A stretch of 20,000 bases of DNA. Source: an uncultured virus (IMG/VR IMGVR_UViG_3300042894_003697) (lineage: Duplodnaviria; Heunggongvirae; Uroviricota; Caudoviricetes). Location of the stretch: the IMG/VR virus record IMGVR_UViG_3300042894_003697. One strand, given 5' to 3'. Below are positions 15,558 through 20,000 of this stretch, one piece after another. The stretch's first letter is position 1, and each line of letters begins with the position of its first letter. The translations under genes and the position numbers were made by a program. The notes beneath the pieces are model-generated. The model ran no database searches, had not been told where the DNA came from, and saw only the letters and a list, made by a program, of their open reading frames with translations.

Positions 15558-16784
15558 TTATAGTTGATAAAAGTTTTGTTCTGATAAATCAGTTATTGAG
15601 TTCCAGTCATCGTTGACAATGTCAAAAAATTCTGGAAAGACAGTTGAGAAATCTTGGTTACGGTATATATCTTGTCTTTTCATCCAAATAATAAATTGCT
15701 TCCATGATAGTGGGTTTGACAATTGTATGTCAATATACCCTAGCACTTCCGGGTTCTTGACAAAGCTTCTTATACTTGATTTTACATTATCTGGCATTAT
15801 ATGTAAAGACAAATAGCTAGGGGAATTTACCATGTTGATGTAGACATTGCCAATTTGTTCTTTTAGCCAAGTGTATGTTTGATCGGTGTAGTATACATTC
15901 ATATTGCTGATAGTGGTACTGGCCATGGTGTATACTTCTGCATCAATCTGATTTTGTAAATCTAGCATATCTTGCATAACATCCTTGGCAGTGTTCCATT
16001 GTCCTGGCCAACGTAAGTATTCAAACTGATCACCAATGCCATCAATACTCATTGATATCTCAATGCGCTTGAACTTGCTCCAGACACGTTTTAATCTTGA
16101 TGTAGCCATATTAGTACAATTGGTACTGTAGAATAAAGTAATCTTTTTACTTAAACCCTGCTCAACAAGATATTCTAATAGATCTAGTTGTGTGATATTT
16201 AAAAATGGCTCGCCACCGAAAAAATCTATTTTTTCTAAATTGTTAGCAATATCACGGTACTGCATAAAATCCATGTGCTTGGGCGGCAAAATTGGAATGA
16301 ATCTATTATGGGGTTTTCCGTCTACTGTTGTATTATAGATGTTAACATATTCCTGACCTTCTCGAGTATAAGTGTTGGTATCCCAACCTCCGCAACTACG
16401 ACAAGCCAGATTGCAAACATTACTGGTTTTAAACACTGCAGTTTTTGGACCGTGTTCCCACTGTCCAGTCAATATAAAATCTTTATAATCGTTTGGAAAG
16501 TATTCGTATTGTCGTTGACGCAAACTAACTTTACCAGCATCTTCTTCGGCCCAACAACGATGGCATTCAGCTGGTTTCTCGCCATTGACAAAGGCCTGTC
16601 TAAGATTATTAAGCTCTAGACTATCCCAACGCTCTGCCGGAGTTAAGTGACCGTGATGCCATTCGCCAGCACCAAACGCACACGGACTGTTACGTCCATA
16701 TGCGTTTTGCCTCATACTCTGAAATGGTGCAATACAGAAATATTGACTAGGATCAGACGGCAGTAGCTTGTGAAATTTAAGCAA
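15558..16784 (-). CDS. Radical SAM protein with N-terminal Cys-rich (SPASM/twitch-like) region
   Basis: CNLACRSC (CxxxCxxC), FFGGEPFL, STN, SIDGIG..FEYLRWP; N-terminal CIAPF..SPC..CHRCW. Start probably TTG at 16784, which avoids overlap with the upstream gene. Confidence 0.85.
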   Translation of the reverse strand: MLKFHKLLPSDPSQYFCIAPFQSMRQNAYGRNSPCAFGAGEWHHGHLTPAERWDSLELNNLRQAFVNGEKPAECHRCWAEEDAGKVSLRQRQYEYFPNDYKDFILTGQWEHGPKTAVFKTSNVCNLACRSCGGWDTNTYTREGQEYVNIYNTTVDGKPHNRFIPILPPKHMDFMQYRDIANNLEKIDFFGGEPFLNITQLDLLEYLVEQGLSKKITLFYSTNCTNMATSRLKRVWSKFKRIEISMSIDGIGDQFEYLRWPGQWNTAKDVMQDMLDLQNQIDAEVYTMASTTISNMNVYYTDQTYTWLKEQIGNVYINMVNSPSYLSLHIMPDNVKSSIRSFVKNPEVLGYIDIQLSNPLSWKQFIIWMKRQDIYRNQDFSTVFPEFFDIVNDDWNSITDLSEQNFYQL

Positions 16785-16785
16785 T

Positions 16786-17229
16786 TTAAATAGTAATGTT
16801 AAGATTAGGGCGAGAAAGTTCATATTTGATCAAGCATCCGTTCTCACCATCTTCGGACACTTCGATCCACACAGCACGATTGGGATATCTGCTGGCTATT
16901 TGTATATATAGGTCATCTGCAATCATCTCACAACTTTTGTAGTCTAATGCTAGTATAGCATCTTTGTAGAGATTTTCCAACCAGCGTTTGAACTGAATAA
17001 ATTCAATGTCTCGATCATTATGAAACACATCTATCCAAACTTTAAAGTGGAAGATGTGTCTATGCGGAGTACCGAGGAACGAAACATCATATTCGTCTCC
17101 TGTGGCCAATGCAGGATCTGTAGCAGCTGCTGGATAGCAATGAATGCCTTCCTTTTGGAATGTGACCCAAATTTTTCTTTGTGCCGCAGAACTGATTCTG
17201 TTGATGGTTTCTCTTTGTTCTAAGTTCAT
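16786..17229 (-). CDS. dpdL: QueD-like T-fold protein with LxxxHRHxF motif (DpdL-like, proposed CDG decarboxylase)
   Basis: EGIH..., FLGTPHRHIF, DRDIEFI, SCEMIA, IEVSEDGENG: a QueD-like layout with the catalytic Cys replaced by Leu; near dpdA, folE and queD. Confidence 0.7.
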   Translation of the reverse strand: MNLEQRETINRISSAAQRKIWVTFQKEGIHCYPAAATDPALATGDEYDVSFLGTPHRHIFHFKVWIDVFHNDRDIEFIQFKRWLENLYKDAILALDYKSCEMIADDLYIQIASRYPNRAVWIEVSEDGENGCLIKYELSRPNLNITI

Positions 17230-17636
17230 ACTGTTTCCTGTTGTAAATATCTTTTTAATTCTTTGTCTGTGGGGTTGACTGTGTAGTTCTGTTTGAAAAA
17301 TATTTCGTAACTGTCGCTGCCGTATTTTCCTATGCCATACAGCATAGTAGCATCATTGCCATCCCAAGTCAAGTAGTCTTGACTCATACGGATCAATCTC
17401 TGATAACGAATATTTTTCATGCCTAATGGTTCCAAAATGCCTTTGACAAAAGCCTCGTTGGCACGAAGAAGTGCATGTGGCGTGGGAAACCAGTACAAGA
17501 ATTCCGGCAGTGTGGTTTTTACAGGCTTTCTACTGGTCTGATTCAACATGATCACACCCACCATGTGTTCCCAACTGTTGGCAATCTGTTGTTGCACCAT
17601 AAGCTCATCGCACAAGGGTTTAAATGGATATTTCAT
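17226..17636 (-). CDS. HhH-GPD DNA glycosylase, MBD4-like catalytic domain
   Basis: VIMLNQTS, LEPLGM, LYGIGKYGSDSYEIF (HhH) and PTDKEL (catalytic Asp). Confidence 0.8.
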   Translation of the reverse strand: MKYPFKPLCDELMVQQQIANSWEHMVGVIMLNQTSRKPVKTTLPEFLYWFPTPHALLRANEAFVKGILEPLGMKNIRYQRLIRMSQDYLTWDGNDATMLYGIGKYGSDSYEIFFKQNYTVNPTDKELKRYLQQETV

Positions 17637-17643
17637 TTGTAGT

Positions 17644-17922
17644 CTATAGTTTTAAATTCTCATATGTGATAATTTTACCAATTTCGTAACCAACATCTTG
17701 GTCTTCTGTGATTACATATAGCCCTAGATTATTTCTATCCTTGCGTTCGTCATATGCTCTGGTCTCAATTACAATGCCACCAGATGCTTTGTACACCTGT
17801 AGTCCAAACCCTTGACTTCTCAAACGTGAGTCACTTGTACGAATTTCTAATCGATCAGATGGAATACAATCTTCGTTGTTATAGAGTATCCAGTGTCTTA
17901 ATCTCTGTTTAAGCCATTTCAT
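17644..17922 (-). CDS. Hypothetical protein
   Basis: 92-aa ORF, ATGA-coupled to the upstream gene. Confidence 0.7.
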   Translation of the reverse strand: MKWLKQRLRHWILYNNEDCIPSDRLEIRTSDSRLRSQGFGLQVYKASGGIVIETRAYDERKDRNNLGLYVITEDQDVGYEIGKIITYENLKL

Positions 17923-18350
17923 TGTGCAGCCTTGTCTAATTTAACACCGGCAAGTCCGGCCACTGTTTGAAACTGATCCCAAGCAAGCTTGACTGCAGGA
18001 AATCTGTCTAATTCGTTGTTGGGCAGTGCAGTTTCTAGCCAATAATAAGGCATGCGTTGAGGATGTGCCCCAAACCGTCGAGGCTGATGCAACTTACCAT
18101 CATCGTAAAGCATCATACTTACGCTACGAAATCGATCTTCGTCTTCGGCAGGATGGTCAATCCATTCTGGACTACTAAACGGACTTCCAAAAGTCTGCCC
18201 ACCACCGTAGCCTTGCCAAATGCCCTTCCACTGCTCGTCATCGTGCGGATCAAAATCTGTACGAGCAATGATCAACAGCACATCTGAAATGTCCACTGTG
18301 CCGTTGACAATGTCTCGCACACATCGACTATAACTCAATCCAATTTTCAT
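17919..18350 (-). CDS. Hypothetical protein
   Basis: 143-aa ORF with ATGA overlaps at both ends. Confidence 0.75.
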   Translation of the reverse strand: MKIGLSYSRCVRDIVNGTVDISDVLLIIARTDFDPHDDEQWKGIWQGYGGGQTFGSPFSSPEWIDHPAEDEDRFRSVSMMLYDDGKLHQPRRFGAHPQRMPYYWLETALPNNELDRFPAVKLAWDQFQTVAGLAGVKLDKAAQ

Positions 18351-18868
18351 ACAGTTGTGTCTTTGGTGTATCGAGTCCAGTCCGTGAACCGAGCTCTATC
18401 TTGCAATTCATGTAGATTATGGCACCATACTCCAGGGTTGGTTGCCGCAAAGTCTCGGTCGTCTAGTTTGAGTGTGGCATTATAGCCAAGTTGGCGAATG
18501 TAAGGAAGTTTTACAGAAATCATTGGAATAAAGTTACTGTGCTCGCACAGGCCACCTTCTAACAGTCCTTCTACACAGCCAACTGGAATATCCAATGTAC
18601 ACAGATATCCCTTGGTCAGGAACGGCGTAATCATGTTCACCCATGGCTTCCAAAACACAGCATCGTTAGTGCGTATGCTAGATGGGAAACTCATATTGGC
18701 ACCAAAATAGATATGTTCTACTCCGCGTGGATTTCGATCAAACTGGTATGCAATTTCATTCACAGGTTGCAAGCCAACTACAAATAGTGTTTGTTTTCCA
18801 AAAGCCGGAGTATGTTCTACTTCTTCCCCAAAAAAGAATTGGACGTTTTCGTGACCTTCTCTGTTCAT
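18347..18868 (-). CDS. Hypothetical protein translationally coupled to the DpdA-like gene
   Basis: 173 aa; GEEVEHTPAFGKQTLFVVG and HIYFGAN motifs; ATGA overlaps. Confidence 0.75.
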   Translation of the reverse strand: MNREGHENVQFFFGEEVEHTPAFGKQTLFVVGLQPVNEIAYQFDRNPRGVEHIYFGANMSFPSSIRTNDAVFWKPWVNMITPFLTKGYLCTLDIPVGCVEGLLEGGLCEHSNFIPMISVKLPYIRQLGYNATLKLDDRDFAATNPGVWCHNLHELQDRARFTDWTRYTKDTTV

Positions 18869-20000
18869 TGCCGTTGTTCCTGTTCAAGTTGATCAAGTGC
18901 AGTTGCATCTAATTGTACACTATCATCGGGGTCTTGGTCAACCTCATCTTCATCATAACTAAACAACCTATTAAATTGGCTGTGAGGATTTTTGGCTTTG
19001 TCACCTTTGAATCCTCGAGTGCCGATGATGTCCATCCAGTACCGATCATAGTGCTCAATTATAGCTTCAGCTTCACCACGGTCAGCAGTGGCAAAGATAG
19101 CATCCACAATATCTTTGAACATGGCATGGTCACCGGTGCGACCTTTGGTTCCTCGATTCCACATCATGGCCGGCCACTTGCCGCTGTCATATTCACGATT
19201 GGCACGTTGCACTGCTTCGATATGTGTCCATACATTGTGTCCCATGAGCAAGGCATAGCTAAAACTGTCCCAACTTGTGTTGCCTTCTTTGCCAATCTTG
19301 TTTAGATCTCCTGGCTTGTATATACAAACATCTTTCATTTGCAATTGTAAACTGATAGGCGATTCATCAAAGTGATCAATTAGGCCATCAGCAATGACTG
19401 CTTGACCAAATGGTCTTGTGTCTGCGGAATACTTCTTGTCGTCCACAATAGGACTCATTCTATAGCACCACTTTTCGTTGTGTGGCAAATCAATATGATG
19501 ATACACTTGTCCATTGGCAGTGGCCAGGAACGGACTTGCACAATCAAAGCTGATAGTAAAGCGTGGGTTAACATACTTGCGAACTGCACGTTGAATGTCT
19601 GTGAGCAACACTGCCCACTCAAGTTTACTTGTGCCCAAGAAGTGCATCCAATCATGAACGCCTTCTTGCAACAGGTTATCGTGACGCAGAGCTACCAAAC
19701 GTTTCAGTACCAAATGCACATCACACATGTTCTGTCCGCCCATGCTCCAACCGTTGAAATGTGTATCTGGGTAGATGGCAGGATCGCAATACTGTTTCAT
19801 ATCTTGATACCACCGTTCAGCATCGTCATGATTGGCGCCCTGCAATACATTAAGAATCTTCATGCCACCATTTTTGACACCTTTGCGATTCTTCATCCAG
19901 TATTCGTTGTTGAACTTGGTGGCCGCAACAGCTTCGGTCAGTGTGCTGATGCCACATGCCGCGGCTGCTTTCTTATCGTGAATCACCCAAGTTGGAATAT
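18865..20000 (-). CDS. dpdA: TGT-fold transglycosylase, DpdA-like (7-deazaguanine DNA insertion); 5' end outside the window
   Basis: Frame stays open to the edge (IPTWVIHDKK, following a probable D). TGT-family motifs LNVLQG, GWSMGG, HFLG, SFDCASP and late GHN; no CxCxxC zinc site; acidic tail. Confidence 0.75.
   Translation of the reverse strand, partial: IPTWVIHDKKAAAACGISTLTEAVAATKFNNEYWMKNRKGVKNGGMKILNVLQGANHDDAERWYQDMKQYCDPAIYPDTHFNGWSMGGQNMCDVHLVLKRLVALRHDNLLQEGVHDWMHFLGTSKLEWAVLLTDIQRAVRKYVNPRFTISFDCASPFLATANGQVYHHIDLPHNEKWCYRMSPIVDDKKYSADTRPFGQAVIADGLIDHFDESPISLQLQMKDVCIYKPGDLNKIGKEGNTSWDSFSYALLMGHNVWTHIEAVQRANREYDSGKWPAMMWNRGTKGRTGDHAMFKDIVDAIFATADRGEAEAIIEHYDRYWMDIIGTRGFKGDKAKNPHSQFNRLFSYDEDEVDQDPDDSVQLDATALDQLEQEQRQ

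Noticed and set aside
15558..16823. Radical SAM as QueE (CDG synthase)
   Set aside because: Too long, lacks the N-terminal F.SIQGEG motif and CDT after the cluster motif, and has an extra Cys-rich N-terminal region.
560..19305. All plus-strand ORFs in the track (60-137 aa)
   Set aside because: They lie antisense to well-supported minus-strand genes and show no recognisable motifs; treated as shadow ORFs.
9378..19655. Alternative-frame minus ORFs 9378-9656, 13866-14180, 15295-15528 and 19455-19655
   Set aside because: Nested in or almost fully overlapping better-supported genes; 15311-15538 has the RBS and ATGA coupling that 15295-15528 lacks.
1..20000. Stop-codon reassignment, tRNA genes or introns
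   Set aside because: TAA, TAG and TGA all end genes and coding density is near complete under the standard code; intergenic gaps show no cloverleaf or intron-sized insertion.

Overview
A densely packed, entirely minus-strand gene block with many 4-bp ATGA stop/start overlaps, most consistent with a large dsDNA (jumbo/T4-like) phage of a Gram-negative host. This is an inference: no structural genes are in view. Two pathways are interleaved. (1) A 7-deazaguanine DNA-modification set: a TGT-fold DpdA-like protein (5' truncated by the window edge), a second T-fold protein with the LxxxHRHxF motif (DpdL-like), FolE and QueD, plus an MBD4-like glycosylase and a GT-B glycosyltransferase. No QueC or QueE is in the window. 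(2) A nucleotide-sugar set: GalE, a short DegT-type aminotransferase, GT2, an RmlB-like dehydratase, a GT-A-like protein, the RfbH/E1 3-dehydrase and a YerE-like TPP enzyme split into two genes. Accessory genes include a secreted S8 protease with an outer-membrane-type C-terminus, a HIT protein, a PRMT-like methyltransferase and a radical SAM protein. The most notable non-coding signal is a ~50-nt element present twice (5661-5708 upstream of queD; 6667-6718 upstream of the methyltransferase). It has compensatory stem changes and a predicted H-type pseudoknot resembling a variant preQ1-I riboswitch; the queD copy is followed by an RBS-sequestering hairpin.
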